A DNA stretch of 64,000 nucleotides from Rhizomicrobium sp. Its GTDB lineage: Bacteria; Pseudomonadota; Alphaproteobacteria; Micropepsales; Micropepsaceae. Numbering within the stretch: the stretch's first letter is position 1; every line of letters starts with the position of its first letter. Under the pieces are notes generated by a model. It was not told the DNA's origin, did no database searches, and saw only the letters and a list, made by a program, of their open reading frames with translations. The stretch spans positions 720 to 64,719 of the forward strand of contig DATKEP010000064.1 in assembly GCA_035512055.1 (NCBI GenBank), read 5' to 3'. Below are positions 1-10,881 of this stretch, piece after piece. Made by a program: the position numbers and the translations under genes.

Positions 1-170
1 GCGAGAGCGTGGCGAAAGGCGCGCGCATTTTGGCGCCGCCGCTTGAAACCAAACCCGGTTTGACTTTCAAGCTGTGTGATGAAACGGGTCTGCGCGCCCG
101 GTTCGTGGCCGCGCGTGACAAGGACCAATACCGCTGCGTGCGCAAACTGGGTTGGGGGGATTTGTTCTGA
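1..170 (+). CDS. 3' end of a hypothetical protein (starts before the window)
   Basis: Open frame from position 3 to TGA at 168-170 (ESVAKGARILAPPLETKPG...KLGWGDLF), followed by a REP-like palindrome; no recognisable motif. Confidence 0.55.
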   Translation, partial: ESVAKGARILAPPLETKPGLTFKLCDETGLRARFVAARDKDQYRCVRKLGWGDLF

Positions 171-182
171 ATACCCTAAAAC

Positions 183-262
183 TGACATTCCCGCGCAAGC
201 GGGAATCCAATTTCTACGGTTTTGATCAACAAAGTTGGATCACCACATTCGCGGGAATGGCA
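183..262. repeat. REP-like palindromic element, copy 1 (GTCATTCCCGCG..GCGGGAATCCA family)
   Basis: tgacattcccgcgcaagcgggaatcca...tggatcaccacattcgcgggaatggca; homologous to 12878-12959 and 19716-19760. Confidence 0.8.
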
Positions 263-270
263 TAATACTA

Positions 271-513
271 CTACCTCTTCGGAATCGTCTGCAATTGCAG
301 TGCATGCAGCACGCCGCCCATATGTCCCTTCAGCGCTGCGTAGACCATCTGATGCTGGGCGACGCGGCTCTTGTCGTTGAAGGCCGATGACTTGATCGTC
401 GCGGCCCAGTGATTGTCGTCACCGGCCAGATCCTTCATCTCGATCTCGGCGTCAGGAAAAGCCGCCCGAATATAGGCTTCGATCTCGCTGGCTTTCATGC
501 CCATGGCTCGCAC
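271..513 (-). CDS. bolA: BolA family protein
   Basis: DLAGDDNHWAATIKSSAF...RVAQHQMVYAALKG...LHALQLQT; directly downstream of purL. Confidence 0.9.
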   Translation of the reverse strand: MRAMGMKASEIEAYIRAAFPDAEIEMKDLAGDDNHWAATIKSSAFNDKSRVAQHQMVYAALKGHMGGVLHALQLQTIPKR

Positions 514-516
514 CTT

Positions 517-2721
517 TCAGTTCGTGACGGGAATTTCTTCGCCCGCCATATAATTCGGGAACCAGCCTTCAAAGCCCAGTTTCAGATCGGCGATCTTTAC
601 GCTGTCCCCGTCGTCCAGGGTGATCGCGTCGCCGCCGGTCTTGCCCAGTTCCGCCACCGGGATATAGGTGGCGCGGGCTTCTTCGACGATCTTCTCTGCC
701 TCGGCAAAAGGCGCGGCGATCACATAGCGCGCCTGGTCTTCTGCGAACCAGAAGGGGATGGCCTCGGGCAATCCAGCCAGGCCGATGCTGGCGCCAATGC
801 CCTTTGCCATCGCCATCTCCGCGACCGCGACCAGCAGGCCGCCGTCCGACACGTCATGCACAGTGTCCACGCGGCCCTGCTCGATGAGGCCCCGCACGAA
901 ATCGCCGTGTTTCTTCTCGACGCCCAGGTCAACGGCCGGTGCGGCACCTTCCTCCCGCCGCTCGATCTCGCGCAGATAGATCGACTGGCCCAGATGGCCG
1001 CGTGTTTCGCCGATCACAATGACGACGTCGCCAGCGCGCTTGAACGCCAGCGTGGCCATTTTTTTCACGTCCTGCATCAAGCCCACGGCCCCGATCGCGG
1101 GCGTGGGAAAAATGCCTTCGCCATTGGTCTCGTTGTAGAGCGAACAATTGCCGCCGATTACGGGAAAGTCCAACGCCCGGCAGGCGGCGCCGATGCCGTC
1201 GATGCCTGCCACGATCTCCCACATGATCTCGGGCTTCTGCGGATTGCCGTAATTCAGATTGTCAGTGACGGCGAGCGGCTTGGCGCCCACAGCAGTCAGA
1301 TTGCGCCAGGCTTCGGCTACGGCCTGCTTGCCGCCCTCCAGCGGATTGGCGCGGCAATATCGCGGTGTCACGTCGGTGGTGATGGCCAGCGCTTTGTCCG
1401 AGCCATGCACGCGCACCACGGCCGCATCGCCGCCCGGCACCTGCACCGTGTCGGCCATCACGGTATGGTCATACTGTTCCCAGACCCAGCGGCGCGACGC
1501 CATGTCGGGCGAGGAGAGAATGGTTTTCAGCGACGCCAGCACTGGCTTGGATTTGTCATAGGCGGGCTCGCCGCCGAGCGGCTCGCGCTCGGTGAAGGGG
1601 CGCTCGTAGACCGGGGCTTCATCCGACAATGCCGTGATGGGCATGTCGGCTTCCACCTTGCCCTTGTGCTTGACCACCAGCCTATTTGTGTCGGTGGTGA
1701 TCCCGATCACCGCGAAATCCAACTCCCACTTGGTGAAGATGGCTTGGGCTTGCTTCTCGCGGCCGGGCTTCAGCACCGCCAGCATGCGTTCCTGGCTTTC
1801 CGACAGCATCATCTCATAGGCCGTCATATGCGCCTCGCGCTGGGGCACTTTGTCGAGGTCAAGCTCGATGCCGGAGCCGCCCTTGTCCCCCATTTCGGCG
1901 GAGGAAGAGGTCAGGCCGGCCGCGCCCATGTCCTGGATGGCGATGATCGCGTCGGTCGCCATCAATTCCAGGCAGGCTTCCAGCAAAAGCTTTTCGGTGA
2001 AGGGATCGCCCACCTGCACGGTCGGGCGCTTTTCCTCGGACGCGTCGTCGAATTCCGCGCTGGCCATGGTGGCGCCATGGATGCCGTCGCGCCCGGTCTT
2101 GGAGCCGATATAAACGACCGGATTGCCCGCGCCCTTGGCGGCGGATTTGAAGATCTTGTCGGTGCGCGCCAGGCCCACGCACATGGCGTTGACCAGGATG
2201 TTGCCGTTGTAGCTGGCATGGAAATTGACTTCGCCGCCCACTGTTGGCACGCCCATGCAATTGCCATAGCCGCCAATGCCCGACACCACGCCCGATACCA
2301 GGTGCCGGGTCCTGGGATTATCCGGCTCGCCGAAACGCAGCGCATTCATCATGGCGATGGGGCGCGCGCCCATGGTGAATACATCGCGCATGATGCCGCC
2401 AACACCCGTGGCCGCGCCCTGATAGGGCTCGATAAAGCTGGGATGGTTGTGACTTTCCATCTTGAAGATGGCGGCATCGCCGTCGCCAATGTCGATCACC
2501 CCGGCATTTTCGCCCGGACCCTGGATCACCCACGGCGCCTTGGTCGGTAGCTTTTTCAGATGCGCGCGAGTGGATTTGTAGGAGCAATGCTCGCTCCACA
2601 TCACGCTGAATATACCGAGCTCCACCATGCTGGGCTCGCGGCCCATCAGCGCCAGGATACGGTCATATTCGGCGTCTGAAAGCCCGTGCTCGCGGACGAT
2701 CTCAGACGTAATTTTGCTCAT
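517..2721 (-). CDS. purL: Phosphoribosylformylglycinamidine synthase subunit PurL
   Basis: [39 protein letters not shown] motifs. Confidence 0.98.
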   Translation of the reverse strand: MSKITSEIVREHGLSDAEYDRILALMGREPSMVELGIFSVMWSEHCSYKSTRAHLKKLPTKAPWVIQGPGENAGVIDIGDGDAAIFKMESHNHPSFIEPYQGAATGVGGIMRDVFTMGARPIAMMNALRFGEPDNPRTRHLVSGVVSGIGGYGNCMGVPTVGGEVNFHASYNGNILVNAMCVGLARTDKIFKSAAKGAGNPVVYIGSKTGRDGIHGATMASAEFDDASEEKRPTVQVGDPFTEKLLLEACLELMATDAIIAIQDMGAAGLTSSSAEMGDKGGSGIELDLDKVPQREAHMTAYEMMLSESQERMLAVLKPGREKQAQAIFTKWELDFAVIGITTDTNRLVVKHKGKVEADMPITALSDEAPVYERPFTEREPLGGEPAYDKSKPVLASLKTILSSPDMASRRWVWEQYDHTVMADTVQVPGGDAAVVRVHGSDKALAITTDVTPRYCRANPLEGGKQAVAEAWRNLTAVGAKPLAVTDNLNYGNPQKPEIMWEIVAGIDGIGAACRALDFPVIGGNCSLYNETNGEGIFPTPAIGAVGLMQDVKKMATLAFKRAGDVVIVIGETRGHLGQSIYLREIERREEGAAPAVDLGVEKKHGDFVRGLIEQGRVDTVHDVSDGGLLVAVAEMAMAKGIGASIGLAGLPEAIPFWFAEDQARYVIAAPFAEAEKIVEEARATYIPVAELGKTGGDAITLDDGDSVKIADLKLGFEGWFPNYMAGEEIPVTN

Positions 2722-2731
2722 GCCACGCTAC

Positions 2732-3400
2732 TCAAGAAAGAGCTTCGATCAGGCTCTGAAACAGCGCACGGCCGTCAGTGCCGCCCAGCGTCTCGTCCAC
2801 CACCCGCTCGGGATGGGGCATCAGCCCCAGCACATTGCGCTTTTCGCTCAGGATACCTGCGATATTGCGGGCCGAGCCGTTCGGGTTTTCGCCCTTGGCA
2901 TAGCGGAAAGCCACGCGGTTCTCGCCTTCCAGCCGATTGAGCGTCTCTTCATCGGCGAAATAGCTGCCCTCGCCATGCGCCACCGGAAAGCTCACGCGCT
3001 GGCCGCTCTCATATTTGCGGGTGAAACCGGACTGGGTCTCTTCCACTTCCAGGCCCACCGGCTTGCAGACGAACTTCAGTCCGGCATTGCGCATCAGCGC
3101 GCCCGGAAGCATGTGGCTTTCGGTCAGGACCTGGAAGCCGTTGCACACGCCAAGCACCATGCCGCCCTTGTCGGCATGGGCCTTGACCGATTTCATCACC
3201 GCCGATTGCGACGCCATGGCGCCGCAGCGCAGGTAATCGCCGTAGGAGAATCCACCCGGCAGCACCACCAGATCGACGTCCGGCAATTCGCTGTCCTGAT
3301 GCCACACCATGTGCGGCGGCGTGCCGGTCATCTGCTCCAGCGCGACCTTGGCGTCGCGGTCGCAGTTGGAAGCGGGGAAGACGATGACGGCTGACTTCAT
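2732..3400 (-). CDS. purQ: Phosphoribosylformylglycinamidine synthase subunit PurQ
   Basis: [35 protein letters not shown]; start placed at ATG 3400 overlapping the purS stop (ATGA). Confidence 0.97.
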   Translation of the reverse strand: MKSAVIVFPASNCDRDAKVALEQMTGTPPHMVWHQDSELPDVDLVVLPGGFSYGDYLRCGAMASQSAVMKSVKAHADKGGMVLGVCNGFQVLTESHMLPGALMRNAGLKFVCKPVGLEVEETQSGFTRKYESGQRVSFPVAHGEGSYFADEETLNRLEGENRVAFRYAKGENPNGSARNIAGILSEKRNVLGLMPHPERVVDETLGGTDGRALFQSLIEALS

Positions 3401-3639
3401 GCCTTCAACTCGATCTCGTACTTCTCGATCACCGTATTGGCGAGCAGGTTTTCGCACATCGCTTTGAGCTCTCTCTTGGCCTCATCGGCATCGCTGCCCG
3501 ACAATTCCAGGTCGATGACTTTGCCCTGGCGCACCTCACCGACCGAGTCAAAGCCCAGACCATTCAAGGCATGGCCGATGGCTTTGCCCTGGGGGTCGAG
3601 AACACCATTCTTGAGGGTAATGAAGACGCGCGCTTTCAC
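3397..3639 (-). CDS. purS: Phosphoribosylformylglycinamidine synthase subunit PurS
   Basis: [13 protein letters not shown]...VRQGK...LLANTVIE. Confidence 0.97.
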   Translation of the reverse strand: MKARVFITLKNGVLDPQGKAIGHALNGLGFDSVGEVRQGKVIDLELSGSDADEAKRELKAMCENLLANTVIEKYEIELKA

Positions 3640-4400
3640 TGAACCAGAACCGGACCTTTGTTCTCGCCTTGCACCGATTCGGGCATGATTCCCAAGCGTC
3701 TTGCGACTTCGCTATAGGCCTCCACCACCCCGCCCAAGTCGCGGCGGAAACGGTCCTTGTCCAGTTTCTCGTTGGTGGTCACATCCCACAGCCGGCAATT
3801 GTCGGGGCTGATCTCATCGGCCAGCACGATGCGCATATAATCGTTTTCCCACAGCCGCCCGAATTCCAGCTTGAAATCCACCAGCTTGATGCCGGCGCCC
3901 AGGAACAGGCCGGACAGGAAGTCGTTCACCCGGATGGTGAGGTTGACGATGTCATCCAGGTCCTGCGGCGATGCCCAGCCGAAGGCCGTGATGTGTTCCT
4001 CGCTGACCCAGGGGTCCTGCAGGCCGTCATTCTTGTAGTAATATTCGATAATGGAGCGGGGCAGCGCGGTGCCTTCCTCGATCCCCAGCCGCTTGGACAT
4101 GGAACCGGCGGCCACGTTCCTGACCACCACTTCCAGTGGAATGATCTCCACTTCCTTGATCAGCTGCTCGCGCATGTTCAGCCGGCGCACGAAATGGGTC
4201 GGCACGCCGATGCCCTGAAGCTGGGTCATCAGATATTCGCTGATGCGGTTGTTGAGGACGCCCTTGCCCTCGATTGTGTCCTTCTTGGCGCCATTGCCGG
4301 CGGTGGCGTCATCCTTGAAGTACTGGATGACGGTGCCCGGCTCGGTGCCTTCGTAGAGGATTTTGGCTTTGCCTTCGTAGATGACGCGGCGGCGCTTCAT
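3636..4400 (-). CDS. purC: SAICAR synthase
   Basis: [40 protein letters not shown]. Confidence 0.98.
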   Translation of the reverse strand: MKRRRVIYEGKAKILYEGTEPGTVIQYFKDDATAGNGAKKDTIEGKGVLNNRISEYLMTQLQGIGVPTHFVRRLNMREQLIKEVEIIPLEVVVRNVAAGSMSKRLGIEEGTALPRSIIEYYYKNDGLQDPWVSEEHITAFGWASPQDLDDIVNLTIRVNDFLSGLFLGAGIKLVDFKLEFGRLWENDYMRIVLADEISPDNCRLWDVTTNEKLDKDRFRRDLGGVVEAYSEVARRLGIMPESVQGENKGPVLVQ

Positions 4401-4619
4401 GGCAGTGTTCCTGTCGCCCGTTGAAACCGCAATTTAGGGAGGTGGGGGCTCGGGGGCAATGATTCCCGCCGCGGCATCGGCGCATGGCAGGTTCCCGTCC
4501 ACAGAAATGTTTCAAATCAATAGCTTAGGGCGATTCCAGACGAGACACTTGCCATCGGCCTGGCAGCCGGACTGGACAGGGGGCCCCTTGGTCGTCTTCG
4601 AATGGCGAGAGGAGGGCGA

Positions 4620-6500
4620 ATGACGCGGCATTTGGGCAGGCTTGCAGCGGGCTTGATGTGGCTTTCGGCGCCGGCGTTGGCCGACACTGGCTGGCCGCAA
4701 TATGGCGGCGACCAGGGCGGGCAGCGGCATTCCACCGCAACCCAGATCACGCCCGCAAATGTCGGACAGCTCCATCAGGTCTGGAGTTTTTCGACCGGCG
4801 ACGCCAAGCGCCACGCCCAGGCTCTGAAGGGCTCGTCCTTCGAGAACACGCCCATCCTGGACGAAGGCAAGCTCTTCGTCTGTTCCGCCTTCCAAGAGGT
4901 CATCGCGCTCGACCCGAGCATGGGAAAGCCAATCTGGCGCTTTGACCCGCATGCCCCCGACGATGCCAGACTTTTCTATCCCAATTCCCATGTGTGCCGC
5001 GGTGTGGCCTACTGGAAGGGTCCCGATGGCCGAGGGCGCATTTACCTCGCCGCCAACAATCGCCGGCTTTACGCGCTGGATGCCGCGACCGGCTTACCGA
5101 TCCAAAGCTTCGGCGATCATGGTGCCGCCGTGATCTATGACGGCACGCTTCATCACCAAACCGAGATGGAGTTCACATCCGCGCCCATCGTCAGCCGCGG
5201 GATTATCGTGATCGGCTCGTCGCTGGACGACAATCAGCGGGTGGACGAGCTGCGCGGCACCGTGCGCGCCTTCGACGCCCTGACCGGCGCGCCGAAATGG
5301 AGCTTCGATCCGGTGCAGGGCGCCCATATGCGCGCAGGCGCAGCCAATGCCTGGGCGCCGCTGTCGGCTGACGATGCGCGCGGGCTCGTCTATGTGCCGA
5401 CATCAAGCCCCAGCCCGGATTTCTGGGGCGGCTACCGTACCGGCGACGACCGCTACACCAGCGCCATAGTGGCATTGAAAATCGACACCGGCGAAGTCGT
5501 CTGGTCGTTCCAGACCGTGCATCACAATGTCTGGGATTATGACCTGCCGGCCCAGCCGACACTGGGCACGGTGACGTACAAGGGCCAAACCGCGCCTGCT
5601 TTATTGCAACCGACCAAGCAAGGCCTGCTGTTCACCATCAACCGCGAAACTGGACAGCCGCTGATCCCGGTCGAGGAGCGCGAGGTGCCGCAAGGGGCGG
5701 CGCCGGGCGACAAGCTCTCGCTCACCCAGCCCTTCCCGGTTGCACCGCCGCCGCTGGCGCCCAATCACATCGCACCCGAAGACGCTTTTGGCCTGACATT
5801 CTGGGATCGCGGCAGATGCCGCGACGCCATCCAGGCTGCGCGCCATGACGGGCCCTTCGCGCCGCCCAGCGCCAAAGGGACCTTGGTGTATCCCTTTACC
5901 GGCGGCGGCACCAATTGGGGCGGGCTGTCATTCGATGCCGCGCGCGATATCGTCTTCGTCAACACCTCGAACCTGATCCATGTGGTGACGCTGATTCCGG
6001 CCAAGGATGTTGGCGCGATGCAGGCCGCGCATCCGCATGAGGAGATATCCCGCAATCGCGGCGCGCCCTATGGCATGTGGCGTCGCGTGCTGCTGTCGCC
6101 CTTTGGCATGCCCTGCAATCCGCCGCCCTGGGGCCAGCTGCATGCGGTGGACATGCATAGCGGGCGTATCCTGTGGTCGGTGCCGCTGGGCACGACCGCC
6201 GATTTTGCGCCCTTCAGCCAATATGTGCTGGGCAAGAGCGGCATGCTCAATCTCGGCGGGCCCATTTCCACCGACAGCGGATTGGTCTTCATCGGTGGCA
6301 CGATGGATTATTATTTGCGCGCCTTCGATGCAAAGACTGGCGCGGAGTTGTGGAAAGGGCGCTTGCCGGCGGGCGGCCAGGCCACGCCCATGACCTATTT
6401 GTGGCAGGGCAAGCAGTATGTCGTGATCGCCGCCGGCGGGCACGACAAGGCTGGCACCAAGCGGGGCGATCAGGTGATTGCATTTGCGCTGGGCGGTTAG
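4620..6500 (+). CDS. PQQ-dependent dehydrogenase (glucose/quinate/shikimate family), signal peptide and no N-terminal membrane anchor
   Basis: WPQYGGDQGGQRHS, ENTP, CRGVAYW, HHNVWDYDLPAQP, ATPMTY beta-propeller motifs; start at ATG 4620 after GGAGGG. Confidence 0.9.
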   Translation: MTRHLGRLAAGLMWLSAPALADTGWPQYGGDQGGQRHSTATQITPANVGQLHQVWSFSTGDAKRHAQALKGSSFENTPILDEGKLFVCSAFQEVIALDPSMGKPIWRFDPHAPDDARLFYPNSHVCRGVAYWKGPDGRGRIYLAANNRRLYALDAATGLPIQSFGDHGAAVIYDGTLHHQTEMEFTSAPIVSRGIIVIGSSLDDNQRVDELRGTVRAFDALTGAPKWSFDPVQGAHMRAGAANAWAPLSADDARGLVYVPTSSPSPDFWGGYRTGDDRYTSAIVALKIDTGEVVWSFQTVHHNVWDYDLPAQPTLGTVTYKGQTAPALLQPTKQGLLFTINRETGQPLIPVEEREVPQGAAPGDKLSLTQPFPVAPPPLAPNHIAPEDAFGLTFWDRGRCRDAIQAARHDGPFAPPSAKGTLVYPFTGGGTNWGGLSFDAARDIVFVNTSNLIHVVTLIPAKDVGAMQAAHPHEEISRNRGAPYGMWRRVLLSPFGMPCNPPPWGQLHAVDMHSGRILWSVPLGTTADFAPFSQYVLGKSGMLNLGGPISTDSGLVFIGGTMDYYLRAFDAKTGAELWKGRLPAGGQATPMTYLWQGKQYVVIAAGGHDKAGTKRGDQVIAFALGG

Positions 6501-7798
6501 CCGAAGACTCTCTTGAATATCGTGTCCACCTGCTGCAGGTGATAGCCAAGATCGAACATGGCTTCGAGCTTCGCCGCCGGCAAAGCCTTCGACACATCCG
6601 AGTCACCCTTGAGCAGGTCGAGCAGATTGCCTTCGCCGTTCCAGGCGCGCATGGCATTGCGCTGGACCAGCCGGTAGCTGTCCTCACGCGGCAGGCCAGC
6701 CTGGGTGAGCGCCAACAGCACGCGCTGGCTGTGCACCAGCCCGTGAGTGGCATCGAGATTCTTCTGCATGCGTTCGGGATAAACCACCAGCTTCTCGATC
6801 ACGCCGGTCATGCGCGCCAGCGCGAAGTCCAGCGTGATGGTGGCATCTGGACCGATATAGCGCTCCACCGACGAATGAGAGATGTCGCGCTCATGCCACA
6901 GCGCCACATTCTCCATCGCCGGGATGGCATAGCTCCTCACCATGCGCGCCAGGCCGGTGACATTTTCCGTCAGGACCGGATTGCGCTTATGGGGCATGGC
7001 GGAGGAGCCCTTCTGGCCCGGCGAGAAATATTCCTCGACCTCCAGGACCGCGGTGCGCTGTAAGTGGCGGATCTCGGTTGCCAGACGCTCCAGCGACGAG
7101 GCGACCACGGCCAGCGCGGCAAAATAGGCGGCATGGCGATCGCGCGGGATCACTTGCGTCGAGACCGGTTCGACTTTCAGCCCCATCGCCTTAGCGACAT
7201 GCTCTTCAACGCGCGGATCGATATTGGCGAAAGTGCCCACCGCGCCCGAAATGGCGCAGGTGGCGATTTCCTCCCGCGCCGCGGCCAGACGCGCCCGCGC
7301 GCGGCTGAACTCGGCATAATAAGTGGCGAGCTTGACGCCGAAGGTGGTGGGCTCGGCATGGATGCCATGGCTGCGACCGATGGTCGGCGTCATCTTGTAT
7401 TCGAAGGCGCGCTTCTTGAGCGCGGTCAGCAGTGCGTTTGTATCTTCGATCAACATGTCCACGGCGCGCGCCAGCTGGACGTTGAGGCAGGTGTCCAGCA
7501 CGTCGCTCGAAGTCATGCCCTGGTGCACGAAACGCGCTTCCGGTCCCACGATCTCGGCCAGGTGGGTGAGGAAGGCGATCACGTCATGCATGACCTCGCG
7601 CTCGATCTCGTCGATCCGCGACACGTCGAATTTCGCGTCCTTGCCCTTCTCCCACACCTTCCTGGCGGCCTCTTTGGGCACCACGCCCAGCCCGGCCAGG
7701 GCATCGGTGGCATGCGCCTCGATCTCGAACCAGATGCGGAATTTGGTTTCGGGCGACCAGATTTGAACCATCCGGTCGCGGGCGTAACGGGGAATCAT
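6497..7798 (-). CDS. purB: Adenylosuccinate lyase
   Basis: MIPRY start, HQGMTSSD, GRSHGIHAEP, GSSAMPHKRNP signature. Confidence 0.98.
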   Translation of the reverse strand: MIPRYARDRMVQIWSPETKFRIWFEIEAHATDALAGLGVVPKEAARKVWEKGKDAKFDVSRIDEIEREVMHDVIAFLTHLAEIVGPEARFVHQGMTSSDVLDTCLNVQLARAVDMLIEDTNALLTALKKRAFEYKMTPTIGRSHGIHAEPTTFGVKLATYYAEFSRARARLAAAREEIATCAISGAVGTFANIDPRVEEHVAKAMGLKVEPVSTQVIPRDRHAAYFAALAVVASSLERLATEIRHLQRTAVLEVEEYFSPGQKGSSAMPHKRNPVLTENVTGLARMVRSYAIPAMENVALWHERDISHSSVERYIGPDATITLDFALARMTGVIEKLVVYPERMQKNLDATHGLVHSQRVLLALTQAGLPREDSYRLVQRNAMRAWNGEGNLLDLLKGDSDVSKALPAAKLEAMFDLGYHLQQVDTIFKRVFG

Positions 7799-7920
7799 GG
7801 AACACCGGCAAGAAGTTGCCGCTGCTTCTATCCTGTCGGGGACCAAAGGGCAAAGCCGCCAGTTGACGCTGCCGCGGGGGACGGGCGTTACTGGTCCTGC
7901 CACGCCAACGGAGACAGGGC

Positions 7921-8232
7921 ATGTCCAATCTGTACGATTCCGAAGACATCAAGAAGCTGGGCAAAGTGGGCGCGGGCGCGCCCAAGGCCTGGGAGACGTT
8001 TCTCGCCTTCGACAAGGCGGCGCTGGGCGATGGCGCCATCCCCAAGAAATACAAGGAGCTGATGGCGCTGGCGGTGGCGCTCACCACCCAATGCCCCTAT
8101 TGCCTGGCCATCCACAAGGATAACGCCGCCAAGGCGGGCGCGACCGCAGAGGAGATTTCCGAGACGGTATTTATCGCCGCCGCCTTGCGCGCGGGCGCCG
8201 CCGTCACTCACGGCACGCATCTGATGGGATAG
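7921..8232 (+). CDS. Carboxymuconolactone decarboxylase / AhpD-like protein
   Basis: KYKELMALAVALTTQCPYCLAIH (CxxC-x-x-H), EEISE. Confidence 0.88.
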   Translation: MSNLYDSEDIKKLGKVGAGAPKAWETFLAFDKAALGDGAIPKKYKELMALAVALTTQCPYCLAIHKDNAAKAGATAEEISETVFIAAALRAGAAVTHGTHLMG

Positions 8233-8245
8233 GCCTTCGCCAGCG

Positions 8246-8947
8246 TCATGTGACGTAGTGGAACCCCGCCTCCTGCAGCAGGGGCAGGGTCGCAAGTGCG
8301 CCCGGCGTCAGGATCACGCCCGGCAAAAGATGGTTGGTGAGGTCGGCGGCGACCTCCTCCTGGCCGCCGGCGGAGCCTGCCGCGATGGCGCGGCCGGCTG
8401 CCGCCCAGATGGCGTTATGACAGGCCATGAAGATCACGCCGCGCTTCATCAGCACGGGAATAGAGAGATCCTGCGCATCGCCCTTGCCTGGCACGATCAG
8501 GCTGTTGGCGGCGAACTTGCCGTTGGTCAGCTTGGCAAGGCCATATTTGTCCCACGCCGCCTGGTCGAACAGCGCCATCTGAGCGTCGCCCCGTGTCATG
8601 GAAACGGTCAGGAAGTCGCGATTCTGGTAGGACAGGGTCTGGCCGTTCAGGGCGTTGCGCATATAGCCGGTCCAGCCGCTGGCCAGGTCTTTGTTGTCCC
8701 AAACCTGACGCGGGCTGCCGTGATAGGCTGCGACTTCGCGAATGGCGGCATCGTCCCACATGTCGCGCGTCTCCAGCACCAGCGGAACGCTCTTGAAATC
8801 GCGCCGGGGCTTGAGCCGGGAAAGGCGCGTTTCGAGTTCGGAGATGGTGGCGGCGCCGGTTGCGGCTGCGGCCGGTTCGGCTGTCGTGGCGGCAATGCCT
8901 GCGGCCAATGCAGCGGTCAATCCGGAAAGTGCGCGGCGCGTGAACAT
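8246..8947 (-). CDS. Tat-exported protein, probable DsrE/DsrF-like fold
   Basis: MFTRRALSG twin-arginine leader with AxA cleavage; RGVIFMACHNA and LLPGVILTPG...LQEAGF C-terminal motifs. Confidence 0.6.
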   Translation of the reverse strand: MFTRRALSGLTAALAAGIAATTAEPAAAATGAATISELETRLSRLKPRRDFKSVPLVLETRDMWDDAAIREVAAYHGSPRQVWDNKDLASGWTGYMRNALNGQTLSYQNRDFLTVSMTRGDAQMALFDQAAWDKYGLAKLTNGKFAANSLIVPGKGDAQDLSIPVLMKRGVIFMACHNAIWAAAGRAIAAGSAGGQEEVAADLTNHLLPGVILTPGALATLPLLQEAGFHYVT

Positions 8948-8991
8948 GGCAGCTCTCCTTTTCTTTTCCGGAATTCTAGCGCGTGGCGGTG

Positions 8992-9711
8992 TCAGAGCAA
9001 ACCCAGGGACTTGTTGCTGGCATGGCCGCCGCGGCCGATCACCAGATGGTCGTGCACGGACAGTCCCAGCGCCTTGGCGGCGGCCACGATCTCCCGTGTC
9101 ATCGATATGTCAGCTTTGGACGGCGTCGGATCGCCGCTGGGATGATTGTGCACCAGGATGATGGCTGAGGCCGACAGTTCCAGCGCGCGCTTGACGATCT
9201 CGCGCGGATAGACCGGCGTGTGATCCACCGTGCCCCTGTTCTGGACCTCGTCGGCGATCAGCACATTCTTGCGGTCCAGGAATAGCACGCGGAATTCCTC
9301 GCTCTCGGCCCGTGCCATGGCCGCCGTGCAATAGTCCAGCAGCGCCGACCAGGATGAGAGTGCCGGCCGGCCCATCACGCGGGTCTTGGCCAGCCTTTGG
9401 GCGGCGGCCTCCACGATCTTGAGATGGCTGGCCACCGCCTCGCCGACGCCCTTGATCTCCATCAGCCAGGCGCGGGGCGCAGCGATCACCTCGGCAAAAC
9501 TGCCGAAGCGCGCCAAGAGTGCCTTGGCCAGGGGCTCGGTGTCGCGCCGGGAAAGGGCGGCGAACAAAGTCAATTCCAGCAGTTTGTAATCGGGCATGGC
9601 ATCGGCGCCGCCCATGGCGAAGCGCGCCCCCAAGCGCTCGCGATGGCCGTCATTACCGTTCTCAAGACGCGCAGCACCAGGCGTCGTCGATGGTGCGTTC
9701 GCCTCGTCCAC
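8992..9711 (-). CDS. radC: RadC family protein (JAB/MPN domain)
   Basis: [38 protein letters not shown]. Confidence 0.95.
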   Translation of the reverse strand: MDEANAPSTTPGAARLENGNDGHRERLGARFAMGGADAMPDYKLLELTLFAALSRRDTEPLAKALLARFGSFAEVIAAPRAWLMEIKGVGEAVASHLKIVEAAAQRLAKTRVMGRPALSSWSALLDYCTAAMARAESEEFRVLFLDRKNVLIADEVQNRGTVDHTPVYPREIVKRALELSASAIILVHNHPSGDPTPSKADISMTREIVAAAKALGLSVHDHLVIGRGGHASNKSLGLL

Positions 9712-9718
9712 GTGTTGC

Positions 9719-10552
9719 TCAGAGGTAAGGTGGTCTGTGAAGGCCCTTGGGCGAAAGCGTGAAAATTTCCACGCCTGTCTGCGTCACACCCACCGAATGT
9801 TCGAACTGCGCCGACAAGGAACGGTCGCGCGTCACCGCGGTCCAGCCGTCGCTCAGCACCTTCACCCCGAAGCCGCCCAGATTGATCATCGGCTCGATGG
9901 TGAAGAACATGCCGGGCTTGAGCACGATGCCGCCGCCGGGCTTGCCGTAATGCACGATGTTTGGCAGGGCGTGGAACACCTTGCCCAGGCCGTGGCCGCA
10001 AAAGTCGCGCACCACCGCGCATTTCTCCTGGGTCTCGGCAAAGGACTGGATGGCATGGCCAATGTCGCCCGTCGTGGCGCCCGGCTTCACTGCCGCGATG
10101 CCGCGCATCATGGAATCATAGGTGATCTCGACCAGGCGTTCGGCCTTCCGCTTGACCTCGCCCACCGGATACATGCGCGAGGTGTCGCCGTGCCAGCCAT
10201 CCAGGATGACGGTTACGTCGATATTTATGATGTCGCCGTCGCGCAAAGGCTTGTCGTTGGGAATGCCGTGGCAGACCACGTGTTTGATGGAAGTGCAGAC
10301 GGTATGGCGATAGCCGCGATAGCCCAGGCAGGCCGGAAGCGCCCCATGGGCGATGATGTAGTCATACGCGACCTTGTCGAGCGCAGCAGTGGTGCCACCC
10401 GGCTTGACCAGGGGCGCCAGCAGGTCCAGCACATCGGCGGCAAGCCGGCCGGCCCGGCGCATGCCCTCGAAATCGGCCGGATCGTGCAAGGTTATGGTGA
10501 AGTGCGCCTTGCGCGCGGCTTCAAAAGTGTCGGATTGGGCTAAGATGGTCAT
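9719..10552 (-). CDS. map: Type I methionine aminopeptidase
   Basis: [42 protein letters not shown]; start at ATG 10552. Confidence 0.97.
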   Translation of the reverse strand: MTILAQSDTFEAARKAHFTITLHDPADFEGMRRAGRLAADVLDLLAPLVKPGGTTAALDKVAYDYIIAHGALPACLGYRGYRHTVCTSIKHVVCHGIPNDKPLRDGDIINIDVTVILDGWHGDTSRMYPVGEVKRKAERLVEITYDSMMRGIAAVKPGATTGDIGHAIQSFAETQEKCAVVRDFCGHGLGKVFHALPNIVHYGKPGGGIVLKPGMFFTIEPMINLGGFGVKVLSDGWTAVTRDRSLSAQFEHSVGVTQTGVEIFTLSPKGLHRPPYL

Positions 10553-10610
10553 GTTGTGAGGTAATATAGTATCCCCGGGCGATAAAACCAAAGCCCGGTA
10601 ACAGGAATTG

Positions 10611-10878
10611 GAGCATGTTTTTCCTAAGTGAAATCGCCCGCGCCGTAGGGATTTTGCGACGTGGGCAGAAGAAGGGCGAAGGCCGTATCGGGGAATACGG
10701 ACGAGCCCTTCGACGAACCCACGGCATAAAAGACCACGGCCCTTCGGGTTGCCGTCCGGCGGCCGCCCGCGACGTCGCCGCGCTCGACCGTATTGCCGAT
10801 ACGCTCTTCGCGCGGCTCCTGGCGGATCGCCTCGCCGGACGGCAACGCAGGCTATTTGCACTTAAGAAAAGCATGCTC
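10611..10878. repeat. MITE/REPIN-like element with imperfect terminal inverted repeats and two inverted internal hairpin modules
   Basis: Left gagcatgttttttcctaagtgaaat versus reverse complement of right gagcatgcttttcttaagtgcaaat; internal modules homologous to each other and to 15900-15978. Confidence 0.75.
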
Positions 10879-10881
10879 TAA

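Noticed and set aside
409-2550. 713-aa + strand ORF and many other long antisense ORFs (e.g. 27605-29098, 56789-58924, 60358-62010)
   Set aside because: They mirror well-supported genes on the opposite strand; typical shadow ORFs caused by high GC3 and stop-codon scarcity
4400-4620. Possible ZTP or purine riboswitch upstream of purC
   Set aside because: Could not find the conserved ZTP (pfl) or purine-aptamer core motifs on the minus strand
10615-10881. 88-aa + ORF and 73-aa minus ORF in the map/cinA-like gap
   Set aside because: Both fall within the palindromic repeat element; no RBS and no recognisable motif
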